Shown: in pieces, positions 47,476-57,244 of the stretch
Numbering within the stretch: the stretch's first letter is position 1
Layout: each line of letters opens with the position of its first letter
Assembly (NCBI GenBank): GCA_943787795.1
Contig: CALSNU010000002.1
Span: 448,001-512,000, forward strand
DNA from: an uncultured bacterium
Lineage (GTDB): Bacteria; Planctomycetota; UBA1135; GCA-002686595
Direction: 5' to 3'
DNA: 64,000 bases
The notes under the pieces: model-generated
What the model was told of the DNA's origin: nothing
What the model saw: only the letters and a program-made list of their open reading frames with translations
Databases searched by the model: none
Made by a program: the position numbers and the translations under genes

Positions 47476-48495
47476 TCAGCGGGACATGGCTTCGAGGAAG
47501 GCCACGAGCTGCGCGGCCTCTTCGTCCGTGAGCTCGATCGCGTCCATGCGATCGGAGAGGTGGGCGTTCGCGTTGCCTCCCTCGCGGTAGAAGTCGACGA
47601 CCTCGGCGAGGGTCGCGAGGCTACCGTCGTGCATGTAGGGAGCCGTCTTGGTGAGCATGCGGAGCCCTGGCGTGCGGAAGCGCCCCTGGTCTCCATCCTG
47701 GCCCGTGATCGCGAAGCGACCCGGCTCAGGTGCGCCGTCGATCACGCCGACGCCGGTGTTGTGGAACGACTCATCGCTGAAGTTGGGCCCGTTGTGGCAC
47801 CGCCAGCAGCGGCCCCGGCCCTCGTAGATCCAGAGCCCCGCCTCCTCGTCCGCGGAGAGGGCCTCGACGTCGCCGTCGCGAAAGCGGTCCACCGGCGAGT
47901 CGCCCACCGTCAGACCGCGCACGAAGCCGGCCAGCGCTGCCGCGAGCGCCGCGTCGTCCACCTCGCGCCCGAAGGCCTTCTGGAACTGCGCAGCGTAGGA
48001 CGGGTCGCTGGAGAGCCTGTTGACCGCCGCGGCCTTGCCCAGCCCCATCTCCTCCGGGTTCTCGATGGGCATCAGCACCTGCTCCTCGAGAGTCGCCGCC
48101 CGTCCGTCCCAGAGGACGTCCTCGCTGAGCCCCTTGTTCAGGAGCGAGGGGGCGTTGCGGACCGTGAGGTAGCCCTCGATGCCGCGGGAGAGCTTGCGGT
48201 TGTCCGCGAAGCCGAGCTCGGGTTGATGGCACGAGGCGCAGGAGACCGAGCGGCGCGGGGACAAGACCGGGTCAAAGAAGAGCCGGCGGCCCAGGTCGAA
48301 GACCTCCTGAGAGGCTCCGAAGCCCTCCGCGAGCTCCTCCACGCCGAGGGGCGCGGTGCGCACGAAGGGTGAGGGGAGGGAGTCCCGGGGAATCAGAGGG
48401 GGGCCCTCGTCGTCCTGCGCGAACTGCGCGGCGACGAGGACCGGCAAGAGGACCAGCCAGCCCAGGCGCCCCGCTCCGATTCCCCGGTCTCCCAT
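47476..48495 (-). CDS. Diheme cytochrome c peroxidase/MauG family enzyme
   Basis: CASCH, RNAPSL, WDGRA, CWRCH, FRTPGLR, PYMHDG...DFY. Confidence 0.9.
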   Translation of the reverse strand: MGDRGIGAGRLGWLVLLPVLVAAQFAQDDEGPPLIPRDSLPSPFVRTAPLGVEELAEGFGASQEVFDLGRRLFFDPVLSPRRSVSCASCHQPELGFADNRKLSRGIEGYLTVRNAPSLLNKGLSEDVLWDGRAATLEEQVLMPIENPEEMGLGKAAAVNRLSSDPSYAAQFQKAFGREVDDAALAAALAGFVRGLTVGDSPVDRFRDGDVEALSADEEAGLWIYEGRGRCWRCHNGPNFSDESFHNTGVGVIDGAPEPGRFAITGQDGDQGRFRTPGLRMLTKTAPYMHDGSLATLAEVVDFYREGGNANAHLSDRMDAIELTDEEAAQLVAFLEAMSR

Positions 48496-48501
48496 GTCTC
48501 G

Positions 48502-49593
48502 CTACTTGCCCTTGGCCTTGGCCTTGGCCTTCGCCAAGAGGTCCGCGACGACGGCATCGATGTCCGTGCCGGAGTGACCGCGGTAGGCGATGGTGCCGTC
48601 CGTGTCGAGCACGAGGTACGTGGGGTAGCCCCGGACCTTGTAGAGGTCCGAGATCGGCGTCATGGCCTGGCCCTGGAAGGCGCTCAGCCAGGTGAGGCCG
48701 AACTCCTTGACGCCCTCGTGGTAGGCGTCGGGCGCGTCGCCAGTGTTGATTCCGATGAGGGCGAAGGGGTCGTTTTCGTGACGCTCAACGAGCGTCTTAA
48801 GGTGCGGCATGCCGCGCCTGCAGGGGGGTCACCAGAACCCGTAGAAGTCGAGGGCCACGACCTTGCCGCGGTAGTCCTCGATGGAAAACTGGAAGCCGTC
48901 GATCGTCTCACCGACGAAGGTGGGAGCGACCTTGCCGACCTCGGAGTCCTCGGGCGTTGCCTTCGAGGCGCGGGCGGCGGTGCCGTACACGGTGTTCGAG
49001 TACTTCTCACCGATCTCGTCCATCCACTTCTTGGCGCGATCAGGGTCGCTGTCCCCCACGATCGTGGCGGCGAAGAAGAGCGACGCGGCCTTGGCGTTGT
49101 CCGACTTGGCGGTCTTGGCCGCCTTCTCGAGCATGGCCACGGACTCTTCGATCCCGACGTACTTCTTGTTGGCGTTGAGGCTCTTGACCGCGCTGGTGAA
49201 CCACTCGGCGTCCGCGTGGTTGTCGATGATCGACTGGAACAGCGGCGTGAGGACGGCGCCGCGCTCCTTCGAGCGCACGTCGCGGTTCTCCTTGATGTGA
49301 TCCACGAGCCAGAGCGTCGCGCGACCCTCGCCGGCCTTGGACATGGCCTCGAAGCGCGGCCAGTAGCGCTTGATCGGCGAATTGCCCCGGAGCTCGCGGC
49401 GCTGCGCCTTGTCGGCCGCCTTGAGCTCCTTGGTGTACTCGACGAGGGCGGCCTCGAACTCCGTGTCGAGGGCTGTGAAGTCGTCGATGGGCGACGCCGA
49501 AGCCGAAGCAACGGGCACCTCCCTGACGATGGGATCGGCCGCGTACGCGACCATGGGAATCAGTGCGACTCCCAGGATGGACTTGAATCTCAT
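48502..49593 (-). CDS. Secreted TlpA-like thioredoxin-fold protein, probable selenoprotein (in-frame TGA at 48829-48831, UPPC)
   Basis: APTF..DYRGKVVALDFYGFW-TGA-PPCRRGMPHL..IGIN..YKVRGYPTYLVLD; the two track ORFs are in the same frame. Confidence 0.88.
48800..48819 (-). promoter_or_regulatory. Candidate SECIS hairpin of the TlpA-like gene
   Basis: Starts 9 nt after UGA: AGG-C-GCGG-CAUG-CCGC-A-CCU. Confidence 0.45.
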
Positions 49594-49646
49594 GGGTAGA
49601 TAACTCGGGAGAGGGACCTCCTGAGCGTACCCAAATCGACCGTCCC

Positions 49647-49673
49647 CGTTGACATCGAGCGCCGATGTCAACG
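49647..49673. promoter_or_regulatory. Perfect 11-bp inverted repeat, candidate operator or RNA hairpin
   Basis: cgttgacatcg-agcgc-cgatgtcaacg. Confidence 0.5.
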
Positions 49674-49706
49674 TCCCGAGGTAGGGGTTGTGTAGCCCCT
49701 ACCCCT

Positions 49707-50147
49707 TCAGAGACGCGCCGCAGCGAGGCGATTGACGAGCTTGCCGTCGATGACGTCTCGGTGGCTGGCCATGACCGCCTTCATCACCTTGCCGATATCG
49801 CACTTCTCGGAGGCGCCTGTATCGGCGATGGCCTGCTCGACGATGGCCGCCGTGGCCGCCTCGTCCAGCATCTGCGGCAGGTAGCCCTCGAGGACCGCGA
49901 TCTCCGCGTCCTCCTTCTCGGCGAGATCGAGACGATCCGCCGCGCGGTACTGCTCGGCGCTGTCCTTGCGCGACTTCACGCCGCGCCGGACCACGGCCAT
50001 GACCCCTGCCTCGTCGAGGTCGGCGCCTCGCTCGATACGCTCGTTCTTCATGGCGGCGATGAGCATCCGCAGGGTGTCCCTGCGGAGCGCATCGCCGGCC
50101 TTCATGGCCGCCTTGAGGTCGTCGCCGATCGTCTGCTCGAGGGACAT
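49707..50147 (-). CDS. GatB/YqeY domain protein
   Basis: DLKAAMKAGD, RKDSAEQY, YLPQML, DIGKVM. Confidence 0.9.
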   Translation of the reverse strand: MSLEQTIGDDLKAAMKAGDALRRDTLRMLIAAMKNERIERGADLDEAGVMAVVRRGVKSRKDSAEQYRAADRLDLAEKEDAEIAVLEGYLPQMLDEAATAAIVEQAIADTGASEKCDIGKVMKAVMASHRDVIDGKLVNRLAAARL

Positions 50148-50148
50148 A

Positions 50149-52758
50149 TCAGTCATCCGAAGGGGTTTCAGGATCGCTCTCATCGCCGGCGCTGGCGGCG
50201 TCGGAGTCCGCTTGGTCTCCGGACGTCACGTCTCCGGAAGTCACGTCCCCGGAGAGGGAGTCGCCCTCGACGCCCTCGCCCTCCTCGTCACCAAACCTCT
50301 CGAGGTCGGAGCTGGAGATGATCTCCACCGAGACGAGGCTGTCCCCGTCCTTGAGGTTGACCAGGCGAACGCCCTGGGTGTTACGGCCCACCGTCGAGAT
50401 GTCCGCGATGGACGTCCGCACGATCATGCCGCTCTCGGTGATAAACATCGCCTCATCCTCCTCGCGGCAGAACTTGGCCGTGATCACCTTGCCGTTGCGA
50501 TCGGTGGTCCGGATGTCGATGACGCCCTGGCCCCCGCGCCCCTTGATGGGGTAGTCGGAGAGCGGTGTGCGCTTGCCGTAGCCGTTGACCGAGGCCGTGA
50601 GCAGGAACGCGTCCGGCTCCGCGACGACCATGCCGACGACCTGGTCGTCCCCCAGGAGCTTGGCGCCCTTGACGCCTCTCGAGGAGCGGCCCATGGCCCG
50701 CACGCCCGACTCGTCGAAGCGAATCGCGCGCCCGCAGGCCATGGAGAGCATGACCGTGTCACCCGGGCTCGCCAGGCGGACGGACACGACCTCGTCGTCC
50801 TCGTCCACGAGGATGGCGCGGATGCCGCCCTTCTTGGGGCGAGAGTACGCCTCGAGCTTCGTCTTCTTCACCACGCCGTTGCGGGTCGCGAAGACGATGA
50901 AGCGCTCCTCGTCGAACTCAGGCACGCGGAGGATCGTGTGGATCTCCTCGCCGTCACGGAGCTTGAGCAGGTTCGTGATGGCGCGCCCCTTGGAGCTCCG
51001 GCCGGCCTCGGGGACCTGGAAGCCCTTCTTCCAGAAGACCTGGCCGTAGTTCGAGAAGAACAGGAGGTAATCGTGGGTCGAGGTCACGAACAGCGACTTG
51101 AGCACGTCGCCCTCCTTCGCCTCTGAACCACGGACACCGCGGCCGCCACGGGCCTGGGTGCGGTAGGTATCCAGCGGCGTCCGCTTGACGTAACCGTCGC
51201 GGGAGAAGGTGACCACCGTGAGGTCCTCGGTGATGAGGTCCGCGATGTCGATGCTGCCGTCCACCTCCTCGATGCTGATCTTCGTCCGGCGCTCGTCCCC
51301 GTACTTCTCGATCACCTCGACCAGGTCCTCGCGGATCATCTCGGTCACGCGCTCGGCGCGCTCGAGAATGTCCTTGAGGTCCGCGATGCGGGCCACCAAT
51401 TCCGCGTGCTCGGCCTCGAGCTTGTCCCGCTCAAGCCCGGTCAGGGAGCCGAGTCGCAGGTCCACGATGGCCTGACTCTGACGGTCAGAGAGGCTGAACT
51501 CGGCCGCGAGGGCCTTCTTGGCCGTGTCGCGATCCGCCGACCCGCGGATGATCTCGATCACCCGGTCGATGTTGTCGACCGCGATCCGCAGACCGTCGAC
51601 GATGTGCTTGCGCTCCTCGGCCTTGCGCAGGAGGTACTTGGTCCGGCGCCGGATGACATCGCGACGGTGGACCAGCCAGGCGTTCATCAGCTCCCGCAGC
51701 GACAGCGTGCGCGGCTGGCGGCGGTCGATGGCCAGGTTGATGATCGAGTACGTGCTCTGGAGCGGCGTGAACTTCCACAGCAGGTTGAGCACCACATGGG
51801 GGTCCTCGCCCTTCTTGACCTTCACCACCAGCCGCATGCCGTCGCGGCTGGAGTAGTCCGTCACGTCGGCGATGCCAGTGATCCGGCCGTCCTTCACGAC
51901 CTGCACGATCTTGGCGATGATCCCGGAGTCCTGACCGCCCTTCTTGGTCTGGTAGGGGATCTCGGTGAAGACGATCTCCTCGCGCCCCTTCTCCTCTTCG
52001 ATGTGGTACTTCGCGCGAACACGGACGAGCCCGCGGCCGGTCCGGTAAGCCTGAACGATGCCGCTGCGGCCCATGATGGTGCCGCCCGTGGGGAAGTCCG
52101 GACCGGGAACGAGGCTGAAGAGTTCCTCCTCCGGCAGGTCGGGGTCATCGAGCAGCGCGATCAGGCCCGCGCCGATCTCCCGCAGGTTGTGCGGCGGCAG
52201 GCTCGTCGCCATGCCGACGGCAATGCCGTCGGAGCCGTTGCAGAGCAGGTTCGGGAAGCGCGAGGGCAGCACCGTGGGCTGCATGCGCGTCTCGTCGTAG
52301 TTGGGCTCGAGGTCGACGGTCTCCTTGTCCAGATCGGACAGGACCTCCATCGTGATCCCTGCCATGCGGGCCTCCGTGTAACGCATGGCCGCCGGCGGGT
52401 CCGCGTCGATGGAGCCGAAGTTGCCCTGACCGTCCACCAGCGGGTACCGCAGGGAGAAGTCCTGGGCCATGCGGACCAGGGTCGGGTAGATCACCGACTC
52501 CCCGTGCGGGTGGTAGTTCCCCGACGTGTCGCCCGCGACCTTGGCGCACTTCCTGTACTTGGCCCGGGGGCTCAGGTTCAGGTCGTTCATTGCGACAAGG
52601 ATGCGTCGCTGCGAGGGTTTGAGGCCGTCGCGAACGTCGGGCAGGGCGCGCGAGTGGATGACCGAAAGGGCGTACGTCAGGTACGACTCTTTCATCTCAC
52701 GCTCGATGGAGCGCGGGGTCGTGTTGCCCCCGAACTGGGGTGCTTCCGTATCGGTCAT
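50149..52758 (-). CDS. gyrA: DNA gyrase subunit A
   Basis: [24 protein letters not shown], GyrA-box-like QARGGRG, acidic tail. Confidence 0.96.
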   Translation of the reverse strand: MTDTEAPQFGGNTTPRSIEREMKESYLTYALSVIHSRALPDVRDGLKPSQRRILVAMNDLNLSPRAKYRKCAKVAGDTSGNYHPHGESVIYPTLVRMAQDFSLRYPLVDGQGNFGSIDADPPAAMRYTEARMAGITMEVLSDLDKETVDLEPNYDETRMQPTVLPSRFPNLLCNGSDGIAVGMATSLPPHNLREIGAGLIALLDDPDLPEEELFSLVPGPDFPTGGTIMGRSGIVQAYRTGRGLVRVRAKYHIEEEKGREEIVFTEIPYQTKKGGQDSGIIAKIVQVVKDGRITGIADVTDYSSRDGMRLVVKVKKGEDPHVVLNLLWKFTPLQSTYSIINLAIDRRQPRTLSLRELMNAWLVHRRDVIRRRTKYLLRKAEERKHIVDGLRIAVDNIDRVIEIIRGSADRDTAKKALAAEFSLSDRQSQAIVDLRLGSLTGLERDKLEAEHAELVARIADLKDILERAERVTEMIREDLVEVIEKYGDERRTKISIEEVDGSIDIADLITEDLTVVTFSRDGYVKRTPLDTYRTQARGGRGVRGSEAKEGDVLKSLFVTSTHDYLLFFSNYGQVFWKKGFQVPEAGRSSKGRAITNLLKLRDGEEIHTILRVPEFDEERFIVFATRNGVVKKTKLEAYSRPKKGGIRAILVDEDDEVVSVRLASPGDTVMLSMACGRAIRFDESGVRAMGRSSRGVKGAKLLGDDQVVGMVVAEPDAFLLTASVNGYGKRTPLSDYPIKGRGGQGVIDIRTTDRNGKVITAKFCREEDEAMFITESGMIVRTSIADISTVGRNTQGVRLVNLKDGDSLVSVEIISSSDLERFGDEEGEGVEGDSLSGDVTSGDVTSGDQADSDAASAGDESDPETPSDD

Positions 52759-53011
52759 TGTTGGTCCCGGGAGAGTGTCTCCCCGTCCCCTTCGGGCGCG
52801 GCGGAGATAGCGGGCTGGCAGGCCCCATCAGCGGGACCCAGCGAGCCGGCTATTATCCGCCCTGGAGCGGTGCGCGGCTAGGTCTCAGAGGCCATTCCAT
52901 GGCCGTTATGGGCCGATTTGGCGCCCTCCCCGAGGCCCCACCGCGCCGCCCGAGACGGCGCCGCCGCAGTACGCCCCTGGCGCCACCTGGCGGCGGAGTT
53001 CCAGAGCGCCC

Positions 53012-54043
53012 TCAGATCGCCCGAAGCGGGGCGTCCTGGAGGTCTCCAGGGAGCATCAAGCCGGCCTCTGTGGCGACCCCATCCACCCACTCAAGGCCCA
53101 CGGCCTCGAAGGGCTGAGCCTCCACATCGACATCCTTCGGCGCGCTCTCCCAGAGGTGCCAGGACTCCCCGGACGCCCAGCCAGGAAGCGTCAGGTCCCC
53201 GCCAGGCCTGAGCTTGTCGGTGGTCGCCAGCAGGGTCGTGATCACCCCGAGCTCGCGCGCCTTCTCCACGAGGGCTCCGGTCCCCACGCGGCCAAGGAAC
53301 TGCTCCGTGCCCAGCGCGTCCGTGCCCAGCCAGACCCGGTCCGCGCGGCGGACCCCGGCGACCAGCGCCGCGTCGTAAACGAAGCGGACCCTGATCCCGC
53401 TCGCCACCAGCCTGCGGGCCAGCCGGCGACCACCGAGGTCGGGGCCGCCCTCCGAGACGATGACCTCCGGCGCAAGCCCCCTGGCCTGCACCAGCTCGAG
53501 GCCGCGCGCGACGGTCTCGGACCAGCCGTGAACCAGGAAGACCTCCCCCTCCTCGATGGCGGCGGCCCCCTCCAGGAGGGGGCGCGCGCAGCCTCCACGG
53601 TCCGGCAGGCGGAGACGCGGCCGCTCGGCGGCGTCCTCCCACCCGGGCCCCGTCAAGGTCTCGGCGGTCTCCAGCCAGAGGGCGCACTCGGCCGCCAAGG
53701 CCTCACGCAGCGCCGGGCTGCCGTCATCGGCGATCAGGGCCCCCACGTGCTCGAGTGAGGCGCGAAAGCGGTCCACCGGGGCCCGCCAGCCCTGCGACTC
53801 CAGGAGCACCCCCAGGCCTTGCTTCAGCGCGGCGCTCACCCCCAGGTCTGCGCAGGAAGGCTCCACCAGCCAGCCGTGGCAGGTCCGCGCGGCCCGCCGG
53901 ACCACGTCCGCAGCAGACGCCGCCCGATCCTCGACCAGGGCGCCGAGACGCTCCGCGAGGGGCTCGCCGGACTCGGCCTCGGGCAGCCCGGCGGAAGGCG
54001 GGGTCCATTCGAAGGTCGAGAGGGGCGTGGACGGGTCAGTCAT
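53012..54043 (-). CDS. eIF-2B alpha/beta/delta (sugar-phosphate isomerase fold) family protein
   Basis: SEGGPDLGG, ADRVWLGTD, VGT, FEAV, VATEAG. Confidence 0.65.
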   Translation of the reverse strand: MTDPSTPLSTFEWTPPSAGLPEAESGEPLAERLGALVEDRAASAADVVRRAARTCHGWLVEPSCADLGVSAALKQGLGVLLESQGWRAPVDRFRASLEHVGALIADDGSPALREALAAECALWLETAETLTGPGWEDAAERPRLRLPDRGGCARPLLEGAAAIEEGEVFLVHGWSETVARGLELVQARGLAPEVIVSEGGPDLGGRRLARRLVASGIRVRFVYDAALVAGVRRADRVWLGTDALGTEQFLGRVGTGALVEKARELGVITTLLATTDKLRPGGDLTLPGWASGESWHLWESAPKDVDVEAQPFEAVGLEWVDGVATEAGLMLPGDLQDAPLRAI

Positions 54044-54147
54044 GGCAGCGGCCTGCGATTCTCACCGGGCGCCTCCGAGCGGGCAAGGTGATTCCCCTCG
54101 CCCCGGAAGGGGAGGCGCCGCGCGGCGCTCTCTGTCAGGATGCGCCG

Positions 54148-54642
54148 ATGCCCACCCACGACACCACCTCGCTGGACGCCATCGGACCCGCCCTCGGCCG
54201 GGTCTCCAGCGGCCTCTTCATCGTCACCACGCGGGACGAGTCCGCCGCGCCGCTCGGATTCCTGGGCTCCTTCGTCCAGCAGGTCGCGCTCTCACCGCCC
54301 ACGATCTGCGTCGCCATCGGCGCGGATCGCGAGCACCTCACCCAGGTGCGGCGGGAGGGGCGCTTCGGGATCTCGGTCCTCGGGGACGAGGACAAGGCGC
54401 TCATGAAGCCGTTCTTCAAGGGGCCAGATGACGGCTCCCCCTTCGACGACGTGGAGCACTGCGCGGCGCCGGGCGGCACGCCGGTCCTGCAGGACGCGCT
54501 CGCGTGGCTGGAGTGCCGCGTGAGCGGCGAGCACGACGCGGGGGACCACGTGGTGATCTTCGGCGTCGTGGAGGCTGGTTCCCTTCAGGGAGACGCGGCG
54601 CCCCTCACCCATACCCGAAAGAACGGGCTGCGCTACTCCTGA
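54148..54642 (+). CDS. Flavin reductase family protein
   Basis: GLFIVT, SFVQQV..PP, LAWLEC, AGDHVVIFG. Confidence 0.88.
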   Translation: MPTHDTTSLDAIGPALGRVSSGLFIVTTRDESAAPLGFLGSFVQQVALSPPTICVAIGADREHLTQVRREGRFGISVLGDEDKALMKPFFKGPDDGSPFDDVEHCAAPGGTPVLQDALAWLECRVSGEHDAGDHVVIFGVVEAGSLQGDAAPLTHTRKNGLRYS

Positions 54643-56276
54643 GCCCGTAGCGCGCTCCGGAGGCGTGGCGCCCACTCGCCCCCCATACGCTCCGCCTCGA
54701 CGACGGCGCGGGCCCTGTCGCCGTCGCGCGCCCGCTCAAGGACGTCAATCATCGCGCGGACCCCGTCGATGTCCCGTAGCTCCGCCAGCTGAGCCAGGGC
54801 CCAGGACCGATCCAACTGCCCGGCCTTCAGCGCGGCCTCGAGCGCGTCCGCGACCGCGACCTTGGTGCCGTCCGGGAGCGAGAGCGCGGCGCTCACGAGC
54901 GGCACCAGCTCCTGCTCGTCCTCGGCGTCGAGGCGGGGCAGCGAGGCCTGCGCCGCGGCGTACTCTCCGCGAGCGAGGCGCACCACCGCCCGGTCGGCGG
55001 GAAAGTCTGCGGAGAGCGACAGCCCCTGGGCCAACAGGCCCACAAGAGCTGCGACCAGCCCTGCCGTTCTCAAGCGGCCCATCTGGGCCTTGAACCTGAT
55101 CCGGAAGCCCTCGTCCGAGAGCGCCCGCTCGAGGAAGGCCACCCTGCGCGAGGGGCTGAAGTGCCGCCAGCTGGCCACGTCCCGAACGCGGCCCCCGACC
55201 CGATCGAGCGCGCTCACGAGCGCGGCGAGGTCGCCCTGAACCTCGAGACTGAAGAGATCGGCCTCGAGCTCGAAGCGGCGTGAGAGCCATCCAAACCCCA
55301 CGTACCAGACCCCAAGCAGCCCGACGCCCGCCGCGCCCTGGAACCAGATCGAATGCCCCTCGAGCACCTCGCGGAACAGGACGTCGCCGACGAAGACCAG
55401 CGCGCACAGCCACGCGATGAAGGCCCCCACGTGACGGCACCGCGCGTGACCGATCTCGTGGGCGTAGACCGCGCTGAGCTCCCGCATGTTGAGCAGCGAG
55501 AGCAGGTGATCGGAAAAGAGCACGGCCCGCCCCCGCTCGCGGAATCCGACGATGGCCGCGTTCGCCATCAGGTCACCGGTCCGCCACACCAGCAGCCGGC
55601 CCGGCTGGAACCCCGCGCGCTCCGCGACGACGTCCAGCGCCTGACGCCGCGCGTCATCGGGGAACGGCTGCGTATCCCAGGACCAGGTGAGCAAGCGAGG
55701 CAGGAGCGTCCCCAGCGACGCGACCATCAGCGCCGTGAAGGCGAAGGACGCCAGCCCGACGTACTGGACCTCGGTACGAAGCCAGTGGCTCTGCCCCACC
55801 GCGATGCTGAACAGGACGAAGAGACCGATGGGGGCGCAGCAGGCGAGCAAGAGGCGCGCCTGGAAGCGCCGCAGGTGACGGCGCACCAGCGGGGTGCCGC
55901 CGTGGACTCGCGCCGAGGCCTGGATGGCTGAGAGCTCGATGAGCGCGAAGGGTGCCATGGCCAGCAGTAGCCCCAGGTCCGGCCAGGCGTCCAGGTCCAG
56001 GGCCAGGCCTGTCCACTCCCGGATTGAACCCAGCCAGTTGGCGCCCAGCACAAGGAGGGCGTAGCCCATCCACCCGGACCCGGCCAGGAGCCGCTCGAGG
56101 CGCCTGGCGCGCACCGTCTGGCCCGCGATCGAGGCCCGGCGCGCGGCGAACCCGATCCCGTGGGGCAGGAGCAGCGCGATGATCAGCGCCTCGGGCCGTG
56201 GCTCGCTCGCCCCCACCCCCGCCTGGGCCAGGGTCAGCGCGACGAGCGCGGCGAGAACAGAGAACAGAGGGCCCAT
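54633..56276 (-). CDS. M48 family membrane zinc metallopeptidase
   Basis: Transmembrane segments; ANAA, AHEIGH, SRRFELEAD. Confidence 0.85.
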   Translation of the reverse strand: MGPLFSVLAALVALTLAQAGVGASEPRPEALIIALLLPHGIGFAARRASIAGQTVRARRLERLLAGSGWMGYALLVLGANWLGSIREWTGLALDLDAWPDLGLLLAMAPFALIELSAIQASARVHGGTPLVRRHLRRFQARLLLACCAPIGLFVLFSIAVGQSHWLRTEVQYVGLASFAFTALMVASLGTLLPRLLTWSWDTQPFPDDARRQALDVVAERAGFQPGRLLVWRTGDLMANAAIVGFRERGRAVLFSDHLLSLLNMRELSAVYAHEIGHARCRHVGAFIAWLCALVFVGDVLFREVLEGHSIWFQGAAGVGLLGVWYVGFGWLSRRFELEADLFSLEVQGDLAALVSALDRVGGRVRDVASWRHFSPSRRVAFLERALSDEGFRIRFKAQMGRLRTAGLVAALVGLLAQGLSLSADFPADRAVVRLARGEYAAAQASLPRLDAEDEQELVPLVSAALSLPDGTKVAVADALEAALKAGQLDRSWALAQLAELRDIDGVRAMIDVLERARDGDRARAVVEAERMGGEWAPRLRSALRAQE

Positions 56277-56315
56277 GGGGCTCGGAATGTAGGTGCAGCG
56301 CCCTCCGGAGAGCAC

Positions 56316-57218
56316 CTACAGACGGTCGAGGATCTTCCGGGTGTTCTTGAAGTGGAGCTTGGCGGCGCCCCGCAGCGCCTCCTCCCCCTGCTCCTCAACG
56401 AGACGGCGTCCCACCGCATCGGTCGGGGCCCCCGCCCCCTTGTGCAGGGGCATCCCGAAGTCCTCCGAGAGCTCCGCGAGCCCGAGCAGGAACTCCTGAC
56501 GGGCGATGATGCTGGCGGCAGCCACCGCGGCGTGGCGCTCGGCGCGCGGCACCTCAGTGAGGCGGATCTTCAGGGGACCGAGGCGCTCGCGGACGAGCCC
56601 GCGGCGCTCGAACTGGTCGACCAGCACGTTCTCTCCAGGGTGCGCCAGCTGCCCGATCACCTCCGCGTGGAGGTCCGCGAGCATCGGATTGAGCGCGGGG
56701 TACTCGGGATAGATGGCGTTGTACTCGTTGGGATCCACGCGCCGGACCGCGAACTCCGTCTCGTCGCGGAGCTGCGCGCCGAGCTTCAGCGCGCGACTGT
56801 CGGTGAGGGTCTTGGAGTCCGCCGCACCCAGGGCCGTGAGCCGCTCCAGCATGTCCCCGTCGGCCCGCACCGCGGCGACAACCAGGGGGCCGAAGTAGTC
56901 GCCCTTCCCGGCCTCATCGCTCCCCGTCACCGGAGGATCGAGGTCAAGGGGGACGTCCTCACGCGCCGCCTTGCGCGCCTTCGGCGCCGCCGCCGCGCCA
57001 GGGTCGAGGTCGGTCCAGCGCGCCACGAAGGCCGCCGGGTCGCCGCCCTGAACCACGAACTTGCCGGAGGAGTAGAGGGTCGCCACAACGCCCTCTCCCT
57101 TCGCGCGGAACTCCGCGTAGGGCACCGTGCCGTACTCGAAGCTACCTGCGGAGAGCCGCGCGCGGAGGGCGGCGAACTGGCCCCGGGGGACCTTGGTCAC
57201 GAACGTGTCTTGGGCCAT
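56316..57218 (-). CDS. rnhC: Ribonuclease HIII
   Basis: N-terminal TBP-like LYSSGKFVVQG; GSDEAGKGDYFGPL, DSK, VAAASIIAR, KLHFKNT. Confidence 0.93.
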   Translation of the reverse strand: MAQDTFVTKVPRGQFAALRARLSAGSFEYGTVPYAEFRAKGEGVVATLYSSGKFVVQGGDPAAFVARWTDLDPGAAAAPKARKAAREDVPLDLDPPVTGSDEAGKGDYFGPLVVAAVRADGDMLERLTALGAADSKTLTDSRALKLGAQLRDETEFAVRRVDPNEYNAIYPEYPALNPMLADLHAEVIGQLAHPGENVLVDQFERRGLVRERLGPLKIRLTEVPRAERHAAVAAASIIARQEFLLGLAELSEDFGMPLHKGAGAPTDAVGRRLVEEQGEEALRGAAKLHFKNTRKILDRL

Positions 57219-57244
57219 CGCTCGGAGGACCATACTTTGACGGC

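Noticed and set aside
43492..48372. 859-aa and 721-aa plus-strand ORFs
   Set aside because: Antisense to the better supported minus-strand genes.
50217..50256. 15-bp tandem repeat (SGDVT x2) at the gyrA 3' end
   Set aside because: Low-complexity acidic tail; not a CRISPR or mobile repeat.
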